Below are positions 1-9,767 of a DNA stretch of 64,000 nt, one piece after another (within the stretch, counting starts at the first letter, position 1; each line of letters opens with the position of its first letter). The stretch is taken from NCBI GenBank assembly GCA_019058315.1, contig JAHPZH010000006.1, forward strand, positions 64,001 through 128,000, given 5' to 3'. Both the position numbers and the translations under genes were made by a program. Under the pieces are notes generated by a model that made no database searches, was not told the origin of the DNA, and worked only from the letters and a program-made list of their open reading frames with translations. The stretch is from Candidatus Helarchaeota archaeon (GTDB lineage: Archaea > Asgardarchaeota > Lokiarchaeia > Helarchaeales > RDOG01).

Positions 1-925
1 AAATAATTTTTTTAGGAACATCAGGGACAGTTCCAACTGTTTCACGCAGTTTGCCTGCAATAATAATAAAAAGAGAAAATGATTTTTTGCTTTTTGATTG
101 CGGTGAAAAAAACTAATTAATTGTAGTTTTCACTAAGGCACACAACTTCAATTTAGGAAAGCAAAAATCAGTTTTTTTAAAATTAATAAGATTTTTCTTT
201 CACATTTACATGGCGATCATATTACTGGGTTACCTGGTCTAATTATGTCATTAGCTTTAGGTAAAAGAGAGAAAACTCTTACAATTTATGGACCTAATGG
301 GATTAAAGGATTTATAAATAAAGTTATTGATACAATGCATTTTGATTTAACTTATCCTTTAGAAATAGTTGAAATAGCTGGAGAAGAAAATTTTGAATTT
401 TTAAATTATAAAATTACTTGTTTTCCTTTAGAACATAGGATATTTACCTTAGGATATGTTATTGTAGAAAAACCAAAGGCAAAATTCGATGTTGAAAAGG
501 CGAAGTCATTAAAAATTCCAAAAGGTCCTTTATGGGGAAAATTGAAATCAGGTGAAAGTATTCATTTAAATAATGGGAGAGTTATCCAACCTTCCCAAGT
601 TTTAGGAAATATAAAACCTGGAAAAAAAATTTTATATTGCACAGATACTCGTCCTACAATTAAGACAAAAAATTTAAGCAAGAACGCAGATTTACTCATT
701 CATGATGGTATGTTTGAAGAGAATCTAAAAGAGTTCGCTACAATTGGAGGACATTCAACAGTAGTTGAAGCCGCAGAACTGGCTAAAGATTCGAAAGTAA
801 AAAAATTAATCTTATTCCATATAAGTTCTAGATATGAAAATAATAATTCTATTTTAGAACTTCAAGCAAAAAAAATTTTTCCTAATTCATTCATAGCTGA
901 AGATTTTATGAGAATTTTAGTTTAA
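1..925 (+). CDS. rnz: Ribonuclease Z, 5'-truncated by the window edge, intron-containing: join(<1..107,137..925)
   Basis: The frame from nt 3 reads [12 protein letters not shown]...LFDCGE. After removing 108-136 it continues GTQLQ...SHLHGDH and into ORF 245..925 (TDTRP, HST, HISSRY motifs). Confidence 0.95.
108..136 (+). other. 29-nt BHB intron in rnz mRNA
   Basis: Outer pairs TGC(99-101)/GCA(138-140), central helix GGTG(102-105)/CACT(131-134), bulges AA|A and AA|G, 7-bp intron stem AAAACTA/TAGTTTT. Removal restores DCGE-GTQ in frame. Confidence 0.9.
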
Positions 926-970
926 AACGGCATTTTAACAAAAATGGTTTAAATTCCTATAACATTTCTT

Positions 971-1264
971 TTAATTTCCTCCATGTATTGATGGAAGAAA
1001 AGTAATAATATCGTTATTTTTTAAGATTGTATTCAAGTTATTTAGCAAATCTACAGAGATTTCATTTATTAAAATAATGATATAAGGCCTAATTTCATTT
1101 TCATTTTCAGTTAAAACGTATTTTTTGAATTCAGGTCCGTATTTTTTGGAAAGTATGATTATTAATTCTTTTAAAAGTAATTGATCTTCTTCTATTATTA
1201 AACCTAACTCGTTTATCTTTATTATAGAACTTAAAGAACCGTAGAATTTTAATTGAAGATTTAA
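971..1264 (-). CDS. Urm1/SAMP/MoaD-like ubiquitin-fold protein (97 aa, not in the ORF track, no canonical start codon)
   Basis: Manual translation: LNLQLKFYGSL...RPYIIILINE...LKNNDIITFLPSIHGGN*. Beta-grasp pattern with a Urm1-like HGG end. Confidence 0.8.
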   Translation of the reverse strand, partial: LNLQLKFYGSLSSIIKINELGLIIEEDQLLLKELIIILSKKYGPEFKKYVLTENENEIRPYIIILINEISVDLLNNLNTILKNNDIITFLPSIHGGN

Positions 1265-1439
1265 TTAAATGACCTTCTAATAGATTATTGCTAGTATAAA
1301 ATAAATCAATTTATTTTTATAAACTTATCAATTAACTTGCATATTCACTTTTCTGAATGCCTCTCTTTCAATTTTTAAATGCGCATTAAAAATTTAATAT
1401 TATTTACTTTCAAAAAAGTGACTGAGAGCTATTTAAAAA

Positions 1440-2642
1440 ATGATGAATAATAATTATAATATTCTAGAAGAAGAACTAAAAAAACATTCAATTTTTAAAG
1501 ATGAATCAAAACTTTCTTTTGATTATGTTCCTCTTTATTTACCTCATAGAAACGAAAAATTGAGACAAATAGCACAATTTTTTAAAGTAATTATTGAAAA
1601 ACCGGGGGGAATGAGTCAAAAACTAATTATTCACGGATCAAATGGAACAGGAAAAACAGCAGTAGTAAAAAGATTTGGTGCAATGATTGAAGAAACAGCT
1701 GAAAAAAGAGATATAAAATTAAAATTCTTACATTTGAATTGCAGAAAAAATAAAACTGAATATATGATATTAAAGAATATCATAAATGTTTTTAATAAAG
1801 CTATTCCAAAACGGGGATTTTCTTCGGAAGAATTACTACAAATTTTAATAGAAATTCTTGAATTAGATGATTATTTTTTAATTTTAACTCTTGATGATTT
1901 AGATATTAAGGAAAATCAATTATTATATGATTTAACACGTTTGATGGATGATGAATTAAATCCTATTCAAAGGCTTTCATTGATAATTATTGCTAAAGAC
2001 TTAAATTTTATAAAAACTTTAGAAAAAGGGACTATTAGTACATTACAAAAAAATCATATCTTCTTTGAAAAATATTCTTCTTCTCAATTATATGACATTC
2101 TAAAAATGCGGTGTGATGAAGCTTTTTATGACAATACAGTTTTAGATGAATCCTTATACTTAATTTCTGATATTGCTTCAGAATTTGGTGATGCGCGCTA
2201 TGCATTAGAATTACTTTGGCGTGCTGGAAAATATGTAGATATTAACCAAAGTCCGCAAATTTCTCCTGAATATGTCAGACAAGCACAATCACACATAAGC
2301 CCTGTAGTTAGATCCAATTTAATCAAAGATTTAACGTTAGATCAAAAATTGTTATTATTGACAATAGCTAGGCAATTTAAACACAAAGAAAAGGCTTATC
2401 TTAGTATGAAAGAAGTTGAAAATGGTTATATTTTAATTTGTGAAGAATATCAAACAAAAGCAAAAAAACATACGAAAATTTGGGAAAATATTCAAGAATT
2501 AAATAATTTAGGAGTAATTAATTCTAAATTATCTGGTCCTGGAATCCGGGGGAAAACAACATTAATTGCACTATCTGATGTGCCTTCAGAAACTATTGAA
2601 AATAATCTTATTTCTCAATTACAAAAAGAGATAGAAGTCTGA
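1440..2642 (+). CDS. cdc6: Orc1/Cdc6 family replication initiator
   Basis: DYVP..LPHR, Walker A GSNGTGKT, GDARYALELL, C-terminal winged helix. Confidence 0.93.
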   Translation: MMNNNYNILEEELKKHSIFKDESKLSFDYVPLYLPHRNEKLRQIAQFFKVIIEKPGGMSQKLIIHGSNGTGKTAVVKRFGAMIEETAEKRDIKLKFLHLNCRKNKTEYMILKNIINVFNKAIPKRGFSSEELLQILIEILELDDYFLILTLDDLDIKENQLLYDLTRLMDDELNPIQRLSLIIIAKDLNFIKTLEKGTISTLQKNHIFFEKYSSSQLYDILKMRCDEAFYDNTVLDESLYLISDIASEFGDARYALELLWRAGKYVDINQSPQISPEYVRQAQSHISPVVRSNLIKDLTLDQKLLLLTIARQFKHKEKAYLSMKEVENGYILICEEYQTKAKKHTKIWENIQELNNLGVINSKLSGPGIRGKTTLIALSDVPSETIENNLISQLQKEIEV

Positions 2643-2947
2643 TGGAATTAAAAGATGTTCTTTTAAACGATAATCTTCCATCTATAGATGAAATTTTTTC
2701 TTCTAGGGGAAGAATTAAAGTTTTATTGATTTTAGCAAAAGAGGGGGAATTAAACATTTCAGAAATCGCAAAACGTGCAAATTTAAATCATGGCTCTTGT
2801 TCTAATCATTTAAAATTTTTGGCAAATAAAAATATATTACAAGAGAAAGTTTTTGGAAGAATTAGAATTTATAGATTTAGAATTGAAAATGTAAAAATTA
2901 GAGCTTTAAAAAACTTGTTTGATCTTTGGGAATCATCAAGATTTTAA
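2642..2947 (+). CDS. ArsR-type winged-helix protein, translationally coupled to cdc6
   Basis: FSSRGRIKVL..L...GELNISEIAKR HTH pattern; TGATG stop/start overlap. Confidence 0.8.
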   Translation: MELKDVLLNDNLPSIDEIFSSRGRIKVLLILAKEGELNISEIAKRANLNHGSCSNHLKFLANKNILQEKVFGRIRIYRFRIENVKIRALKNLFDLWESSRF

Positions 2948-2993
2948 AAAATTTTATTTAAAAAATATTTTGAAATAGATTAAAATCGTCTAG

Positions 2994-3359
2994 TCATCTT
3001 AAAATGTTTTTAACTCTACGAGCTAAAGTTCCCAAATTAAATACTACAATACCTAAATTTTTTGTATTTGGAATTAATGAAAAAATAATTGCTTCATCAC
3101 CAGCAGGAATTAAAATAATAGAACCTTCATCAGAATCGATTATTAATTTTCTAACAGTTGTATTTAATAATTCTTTCATTGTTCGTTCACTAAGTATTGT
3201 TATATCAGCAGCCAAACCAGCTATTGAATCTTCATTAAGTTGATAATCATTAATTGATGCGATTATTAACCCATCTCTTGAAACTATTGCACTGATTTTA
3301 ACTGGTGTATTCGATTCAAATTCTCTTAATAGCTCGTTTAATAGAGATGCTTTGTTCAT
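2994..3359 (-). CDS. Roadblock/LC7 domain protein
   Basis: SAIVSRDGLIIAS...IAGLAA pattern. Start placed at MNKAS rather than the ORF-track start. Confidence 0.85.
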   Translation of the reverse strand: MNKASLLNELLREFESNTPVKISAIVSRDGLIIASINDYQLNEDSIAGLAADITILSERTMKELLNTTVRKLIIDSDEGSIILIPAGDEAIIFSLIPNTKNLGIVVFNLGTLARRVKNILR

Positions 3360-3707
3360 TACATCATATCTCCAAAAAATACGATTTAAATAATTACTAA
3401 TAAATAGATATAAAAAGCCAAACAATTTTTTTTATTGAAAAAAAAGTATATTTAGTTGAATAGAATTGTTATAGAGGACATTTTGCAAAATTTTGCATAT
3501 TTAATTGGAGTTTATATTTAATTATTTGATTTTTATATCTTAAAAAAAAAATTTATGCGTTTATGGGATTAAAATAAACTTATATATTATATTTTTTATT
3601 AAATGTTAATTGTTATCACAGTTTTCTAATTATAAAATACTTTACTGTCTTTAAATAAGATTGATAAAACAAAAATTTTCTATGCATTTTAGATTGCCAG
3701 TTATTAG

Positions 3708-4304
3708 GTGATTATAATGTCAAAAATATTTGAAACAAATTATAATGAAACAAAAATTTTAGTAATTCATGGCAGTATAATAGAATTAGAAGTTGATGCA
3801 ATAGTAAATGCTGCTAACAGTTTTATGGAAATGGGTGGTGGAGTAGCTAAAGTAATAAAAAATGCAGCTGGTCAAGAGGTTGAAGATGAGGCAATTAAAT
3901 TAGTAAAACAAATGGGAGGTCAATGCCCAATAGGAAAAGCAATCTTAACATCTGCGGGAAAATTAAAATCAAGAATCAAATTTATTATCCATGCACCAAC
4001 AATGACCAAACCAGTTGAACCTTCAAGTTTAAACCGAATTAAAAGTGCTGTAAGGGGGGTTATGCAAAGAGTTTATGAATCTAATTTAAAAGATCAAGGT
4101 ATAATTAAAAGTATAGCCTTTCCTGCTATGGGAACAGGTGCTGGAAAAATGCCTAGGAACAAAGCAGCACAAGCAATTGTAGATGGATTAATTAATTATT
4201 TTAATACCACAGTAAATATTTCTGTAGAATTAATAATCCTTTGTGATATTAATGAAGAGCAAGCGATAGCATTTAAGGACGCTTTAATAAACAGTATTAA
4301 TTAA
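3708..4304 (+). CDS. Macro domain (ADP-ribose binding/hydrolase) protein
   Basis: DAIVNAAN...GGGVA, IIHA, SIAFPAMGTG. Confidence 0.92.
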   Translation: MIIMSKIFETNYNETKILVIHGSIIELEVDAIVNAANSFMEMGGGVAKVIKNAAGQEVEDEAIKLVKQMGGQCPIGKAILTSAGKLKSRIKFIIHAPTMTKPVEPSSLNRIKSAVRGVMQRVYESNLKDQGIIKSIAFPAMGTGAGKMPRNKAAQAIVDGLINYFNTTVNISVELIILCDINEEQAIAFKDALINSIN

Positions 4305-4658
4305 GAAATTAAAATTTGTTTTTCTATATTTACTCTTAATGGTTTATTTTAGAAATTATATGATAATGTTAAAAATTTTCGAAGATTTAAATCAAAATTT
4401 ATTCAACTTTTTAAAAAATGTTTACAAAAAAAATCATTTCATAAATAGTTATTTTGAAATTGTTTGATATTATGCGCGCGAAAAACCTATTTCACCGATT
4501 GATCACCTTAATTTTTATGCAAATTTGGCATTTGTGCTTTGCCAAATTTTTCAATGACAGAACTAGTGCGACAAAAAATAAAAATACTTAAATATTTTAA
4601 TTGATTTCTTATAGTCTAATAGTTTAAAAAATTTTAAAGTCAATATGAGGTTAGAAAT

Positions 4659-4874
4659 ATGGCAAAAAAAAGATATTTTGCTTGGAGTCCTTTAAGAAGT
4701 TTAATGGCAGATGCTGGCGCAAAAATCGTATCCAGAGATGCAGTAGATCATTTGATTGGATGGTTGCAAGATAAAGCAGTTGAATTAACTAAAAGAGCCG
4801 CTGTACTCGCAAAACATTCCAAGAGAAAGAAAATTACTAAAGGCGATATCGATTTAGCAGTCAAAGGATATTAA
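4659..4874 (+). CDS. Archaeal histone
   Basis: 71 aa; AGAKIVSRDAV...AKHSKRKKITKGDI histone-fold motif. Confidence 0.9.
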   Translation: MAKKRYFAWSPLRSLMADAGAKIVSRDAVDHLIGWLQDKAVELTKRAAVLAKHSKRKKITKGDIDLAVKGY

Positions 4875-5016
4875 AATATATAAATAATTTATCTTAAATC
4901 TCATTTTTTTTTTAATTTTAATCTCTTCTAGAAACATTTATCTATATTAATTGATTTATGCATCTGCAAACTTTAAAAAATTTATTCAATTATTTAATTA
5001 ATCAAAAATTTAGATT

Positions 5017-5637
5017 TTAAAAACTAATAATTCCCTCTTTTTGATAGGCCCTTAATATACTTAAAATTTTTGAAGGATTGGAATTCATGTGTCTTGCTAA
5101 ATCATAAATTGAATTTTTTCCATTGATTAATCTGAATAATTTCCGTCTATTATTACGGATATTATCTTCATTATCAATATGTCTTTTTGGAATTATTTCT
5201 CGGAAATAACTATCTTTATGATGGGTTTTTTTGAAGGGTTGTAATAATAAGCCATCATTCTCTTTAAAATCGTTAAAAAATTGATTGATGATTGACTTAA
5301 TAGGTGTAAAATCTATTGATTCTTTTTGGTCTTCAATTTGTTTAATGATTACATTGGATATTTTAAGAAAAAGTCTATCAATATATGAATTTGCAAGCGA
5401 AGGCTCACAGCTAATAATAAACAAAAGATCAGATTTCTCAAAAAAAGAAAATTTAATACTTTCAGTAATATAAAATGTTGGAATTCCTAATCCAGTCTCC
5501 TTAGTAAAATTTGTTATAGCACTTAAAAATCCTGTGATTAACGTGTCATCAACGGATTTTCTAAGTTTAGAATTGCCTTCTTTATGATGATATATTGGCA
5601 ATCCGTCTTTGAGAATAAAAATATCTTGAATTTTCAT
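5017..5637 (-). CDS. Longin-like domain protein with C-terminal winged helix
   Basis: IFILKDGLPIY...LITGFLSAITNF longin pattern; C-terminal INGKNSIYDLA HTH. Confidence 0.65.
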   Translation of the reverse strand: MKIQDIFILKDGLPIYHHKEGNSKLRKSVDDTLITGFLSAITNFTKETGLGIPTFYITESIKFSFFEKSDLLFIISCEPSLANSYIDRLFLKISNVIIKQIEDQKESIDFTPIKSIINQFFNDFKENDGLLLQPFKKTHHKDSYFREIIPKRHIDNEDNIRNNRRKLFRLINGKNSIYDLARHMNSNPSKILSILRAYQKEGIISF

Positions 5638-5933
5638 CTTTAACCACTAGTGAAATGAATCTTATTAAGATAAGATCGATGTTATAAACATTTTAGATTT
5701 AATAATATCAGTAGAATATGCCTATAATATCTTAAAGAAGGAGATTATTAATCAAATTAAAACTGTTATTAACAGTTCCCTTTTAATACCATTATATTTA
5801 TTATTTTTCATTCCATATAATTATATGCTTATTAAAAAGTTTATTTTAATATGATAATGATTTAAATCTATAATGAAGTAATTATAACTGCTTATTTTAA
5901 CTTATTTAATGAAATTTTAAGATGGGTGATTAA

Positions 5934-8060
5934 TTGACAGAAAAATATGCAATAGAATCCAGTGAAAATATTATTAAAGCAAGAAGACTCGTTGTTAGGA
6001 CGACTAGTGGAGATGTTGAATTATTTGATTCCAAAAAAATTATACAAAGTTTAATTTCTGAGACAAGTATCAATGATAATGTAGCTCATAAGGTTACTGA
6101 TATGGTACTTAAAAGGATAATAAACGCAAAAATTCAATGGCTTTCAGGTCCGGCAATTAGGGAAATGTGTTGTTCGGTTTTAGCGGAAATTGGACTTTTA
6201 GAAGCACGTAAAAGATATACCCGAATTGGAATGCCCTTAATGGATTATGAAAATTTCATTGAAATAGGTATTAAAGAAAATGCAAATCAATATCAAAACC
6301 CTATGTCGATTCATAGCTGGTGTGCTGATAGGATTTCTTCTGAATATTCATTACTTAGATTATTAACTGAAGAACAATCAAAGGCACATTTAAAAGGTGA
6401 TATTCATATTCATATGCTGCCTTATTTTGATCTCCGTCCATTTTGCCAAGAATTTGATCTTCGAATTATTTTAAAAAATGGGTTACCCCCAGTTAATTGG
6501 CCATATTCGGCAGTATCAAAACCTGCAAAACATCCAATTGTAGCTTTTCTCCATGCTGCAAAATGGCTTGGTTTGATTACGGGTGAATTTTCAGGTGGGT
6601 TAGGTTATGATAATTTTACTGTATTTTTAGCACCATATATAAAAGGATTATCTGAAAAAGAAATTGAGCAAATGGCACAAAGTTTTGTTTTTGAATCAAA
6701 TCAAATTTATGCCTCACGAGGAGGACAAATACCTTTTACTTCGATTTCTTGTGTTCCAACAATACCTGATAATTTACGAGATGTACCAGCAATAAGTTTT
6801 GAGGGAAAAGTTGATGGTATTTATGGAGATTACGTAGATGAATGTAATGCACTTTTCAAAGCTTTAAGTAAGGTATATTTTAAAGGCGATGGAATAGGAC
6901 GCCTTTTTAATTTTCCTAAACATGAAATTAAATTAAAAAAAGAATGGATACGTGAATTTGAAGATGATTATTTATTAATAAGCGAAGAAACAGCAAAATT
7001 TGGAAATCCTTACTATTTAAATTTAGCTGCCGATTGGATGCCTGATGAAGTACATTCACAATGCTGTAGACTAATTTTAACTCCAGAAGGAATTAGAAAA
7101 ATTTGTGATGATCCTGAACTTTTTGATTGGTCCAAATCTTATATTAATTTAGGAAGTCTACAAAGTGTTAGCCTTAATCTTCCTCGTTATGCTTACATGT
7201 CTAAAGGCGATGAAAATAAATTCTTTGAAATTCTAGATGAATATATGCTACTTATAAGAGATATTTTGATGATTAAGAGAGAATTGGTTGCTAAAAGATT
7301 AGAATCTGGGTTATTACCTTTATGTTCCCGTCAAGTAGACAATGGTATTCGGCTCCTCGATTTACGAAAACAGTCAGTGAATATAGGATTTGTTGGTTTA
7401 AATGAATGTGTTTTATATATCACCAACCATGAATTACACGAAAATAATGAAGCTTATAGATTAGGAAAAAAAATATTAGAATATATGTCAAAGAAATGCG
7501 ATGAATTCACGACAGAAAAATCTTTTAAATTTTCTCTTTGGGAACAACCTGCAGAATCCACGGCAGGTCGTTTTGCTTATCTCGATTTAAAACATTATCC
7601 TAATTATGCTATTGTCCAAGGTAATCCAGAGCTTAATGCTGTCTATTATACAAATTCAGATCACCTTCGTGATTCCGCTGATATTCCACTTTTTGAACGT
7701 ATTCAAAAACAAAGCGAATTTCATCCAATTGTTCAAGGCGGAGTAATAACTCATGTTTGGTTAGGTGAATCTCACCCAGATCCCGAAGGACTTTGGAAAC
7801 TTACTAAAAAAATCGCATTTAATACTCCTACTGCATATTGGGCATATACAAAGGATTTTACTCAATGTCTTGAATGTCAAAAGTTTTTAAATGGTATTTA
7901 CACAACATGTCCAAAATGTGGTGCATCATCTGAAAAATTAGAATGGTGGAGTCGAATTACTGGATATTATAGTCGATTAACTGGCTGGAATGCTAGCAAA
8001 ATAGAAGAATGGAAATCAAGAAAACGATATAATTTTAATAAAATGCAAAAAACTGGTTAA
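5934..8060 (+). CDS. nrdD: Anaerobic (class III) ribonucleoside-triphosphate reductase with ATP cone
   Basis: N-terminal ATP cone, H..GDIHIH, SQCCR, EQPAESTAGRF, CxxC...CPxCG, glycyl-radical motif SRITGYY. Confidence 0.95.
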   Translation: MTEKYAIESSENIIKARRLVVRTTSGDVELFDSKKIIQSLISETSINDNVAHKVTDMVLKRIINAKIQWLSGPAIREMCCSVLAEIGLLEARKRYTRIGMPLMDYENFIEIGIKENANQYQNPMSIHSWCADRISSEYSLLRLLTEEQSKAHLKGDIHIHMLPYFDLRPFCQEFDLRIILKNGLPPVNWPYSAVSKPAKHPIVAFLHAAKWLGLITGEFSGGLGYDNFTVFLAPYIKGLSEKEIEQMAQSFVFESNQIYASRGGQIPFTSISCVPTIPDNLRDVPAISFEGKVDGIYGDYVDECNALFKALSKVYFKGDGIGRLFNFPKHEIKLKKEWIREFEDDYLLISEETAKFGNPYYLNLAADWMPDEVHSQCCRLILTPEGIRKICDDPELFDWSKSYINLGSLQSVSLNLPRYAYMSKGDENKFFEILDEYMLLIRDILMIKRELVAKRLESGLLPLCSRQVDNGIRLLDLRKQSVNIGFVGLNECVLYITNHELHENNEAYRLGKKILEYMSKKCDEFTTEKSFKFSLWEQPAESTAGRFAYLDLKHYPNYAIVQGNPELNAVYYTNSDHLRDSADIPLFERIQKQSEFHPIVQGGVITHVWLGESHPDPEGLWKLTKKIAFNTPTAYWAYTKDFTQCLECQKFLNGIYTTCPKCGASSEKLEWWSRITGYYSRLTGWNASKIEEWKSRKRYNFNKMQKTG

Positions 8061-8217
8061 AAAAATTAATATCTTCAAAAATTTCTATAAGTAATTTAGT
8101 TATTTTTAAATGAATGTTACTTTTAAGAATTTAAATACAAAAAAAAATTATTGATTTGATAAATTTTAAATATCATAGCTGATGTGAAACAATAATAAAA
8201 GGCTGAAAAGAATTGGT

Positions 8218-8325
8218 GGGCCGGTAGATCAGCCTGGTATGATCGCCACGCTTGCAACGTGGAGATTGAATATATTACAATTTATCAACCATATGTCCCG
8301 GGATCGAAGCCCGGCCGGTCCACCA
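8218..8325 (+). tRNA. tRNA-Ala(UGC) with a 30-nt intron at 45/46 (8265-8294)
   Basis: Cloverleaf with G3-U70 and encoded CCA. Helix GTGG/CCAT, bulges AG|A and AT|G; removal gives variable loop AGGTC. T-loop is ATCGAAG. Confidence 0.92.
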
Positions 8326-8338
8326 CCAAATAAACCAT

Positions 8339-8410
8339 GGCCGGAATAGTATAGTGGTAGTATGAGGGATTGTGGCTCCCTTGACTCGGGTTCAAATCCC
8401 GATTCCGGCC
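8339..8410 (+). tRNA. tRNA-His(GUG), intron-less, encoded G-1
   Basis: GCCGGAA/TTCCGGC acceptor stem, G-1:C73, anticodon GTG. Confidence 0.95.
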
Positions 8411-8426
8411 CTTTTTAAACCTTTAT

Positions 8427-8532
8427 GCGGGAGTGTCCGAGTTGGTCAAAGGAGCTGGGCTTAGGACCCAGTGGCGTAGGCCTGCATGGGTTCGAATGGA
8501 TAAAAGTCCCGAAAAACCCATCTCCCGCACCA
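8427..8532 (+). tRNA. tRNA-Leu(UAG) with a 19-nt intron at 59/60 (8497-8515)
   Basis: Long variable arm; BHB TTCG/CGAA, bulges AA|T and AA|A; encoded CCA. Confidence 0.92.
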
Positions 8533-8780
8533 AATATTAAATATTTTTTCTTATAATAATTATTTTACTTGTTGTTTCTAACAGTATTTATTTTGTGTAG
8601 ATGGCAGAATTCGAAATATGGAGAGCTTTATAATTTGGATATTATTAACAATCTCAACCAATAGAGTCTATTTTTTTCAGAAATGTTTAAAATTTAATGA
8701 TAATTTTTTAAAATATCCAATTAACTATCTAATGTTTTAATTAAATTTTAAAATCTAAAATAATCTTTTTTAATCTTAAT

Positions 8781-9767
8781 TTGGATATTATTTATTGTGG
8801 TATTATGGGCAAAGATTACAAAATTTTAGTATTAGGCTCTTTAGTATTTGATAATTTAATGCATTATCCTGATTTTTTTGAAAAAAATATTGTCATTGGG
8901 GAACGAAATAATATAGATGGTTCTTTTGTTGTTGATAAATTTGAGATTTGCAGAGGTGGGACTGCAGGAAATATCTCCTATAATCTGGGAAAATTGAATA
9001 TAAAAAATATATTAATTTCAGTAGCTGGTAAAGATTTTTTAGAATATGGGAAGCTCTTAGAAAAAATGGGAACAGATTTAAGAGTAGATATTTATGAAAA
9101 AGAAAACACTGCAGCTTGTTTTATAATTTATGATAAAGATCATGATAAAATTAACATTTTTTGTGCGGGAGCACTTCAAAATGCTTATAAAATTAAAATA
9201 TCAGAAAAATTATATCCTAATGAGATTATTAAAATTGCAATAAATGCACCAAATCCTATTGATTCAATGAAAAATTTTGCTTTAGAATTAGAAAAATTAA
9301 AAATCCCAATGGTTTTTGATCCTGGACAACAAATAAATGAATTTTCAAGAGATGATTTACTAGAAATATTGAAAAAATCAGAATATCTTATATTAAATGA
9401 ATCAGAGTTAGAAATTTTAAAAAAGAAAACCAAATTAAATGAAGAACAAATCACTGAATTGGTAAATAACATTATAGTTACTTTTGGAGCTAAAGGGTCA
9501 GAAATTTATCAAATTGACGAGAAAATTACTATACCTGTGGCAAAACCTAAAAAAATAATTGATACAACTGGAGCTGGAGATGCTTATAGGGCAGGTTTAT
9601 TATGTGGCATTTTTTATAATATCAGTTTAGAAGACTCATGCAAATTGGGGTCGATAATTGGTTCTTTTGCTGTAGAATCACCAGAACCTCAAAATCAAGA
9701 TTATGATTTTAAAGATATTAAAAATAGATATGAAGAAAATTTTGGCAAGTTTCCTTTAGATTATTAA
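8781..9767 (+). CDS. PfkB-family carbohydrate/nucleoside kinase
   Basis: GGTAGNI and DTTGAGDAYRAG signatures. Confidence 0.92.
   Translation: MDIIYCGIMGKDYKILVLGSLVFDNLMHYPDFFEKNIVIGERNNIDGSFVVDKFEICRGGTAGNISYNLGKLNIKNILISVAGKDFLEYGKLLEKMGTDLRVDIYEKENTAACFIIYDKDHDKINIFCAGALQNAYKIKISEKLYPNEIIKIAINAPNPIDSMKNFALELEKLKIPMVFDPGQQINEFSRDDLLEILKKSEYLILNESELEILKKKTKLNEEQITELVNNIIVTFGAKGSEIYQIDEKITIPVAKPKKIIDTTGAGDAYRAGLLCGIFYNISLEDSCKLGSIIGSFAVESPEPQNQDYDFKDIKNRYEENFGKFPLDY

Noticed and set aside
1270-1439. Replication origin next to cdc6 (palindrome AATGCGCATT at 1378-1387)
   Set aside because: No recognisable ORB repeats or G-string, and the gap is short once the Urm1-like gene is included.
8176-8210. 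TGATG...CTGA upstream of tRNA-Ala as a C/D RNA
   Set aside because: Too short, with no internal boxes, terminal stem or identifiable guide.
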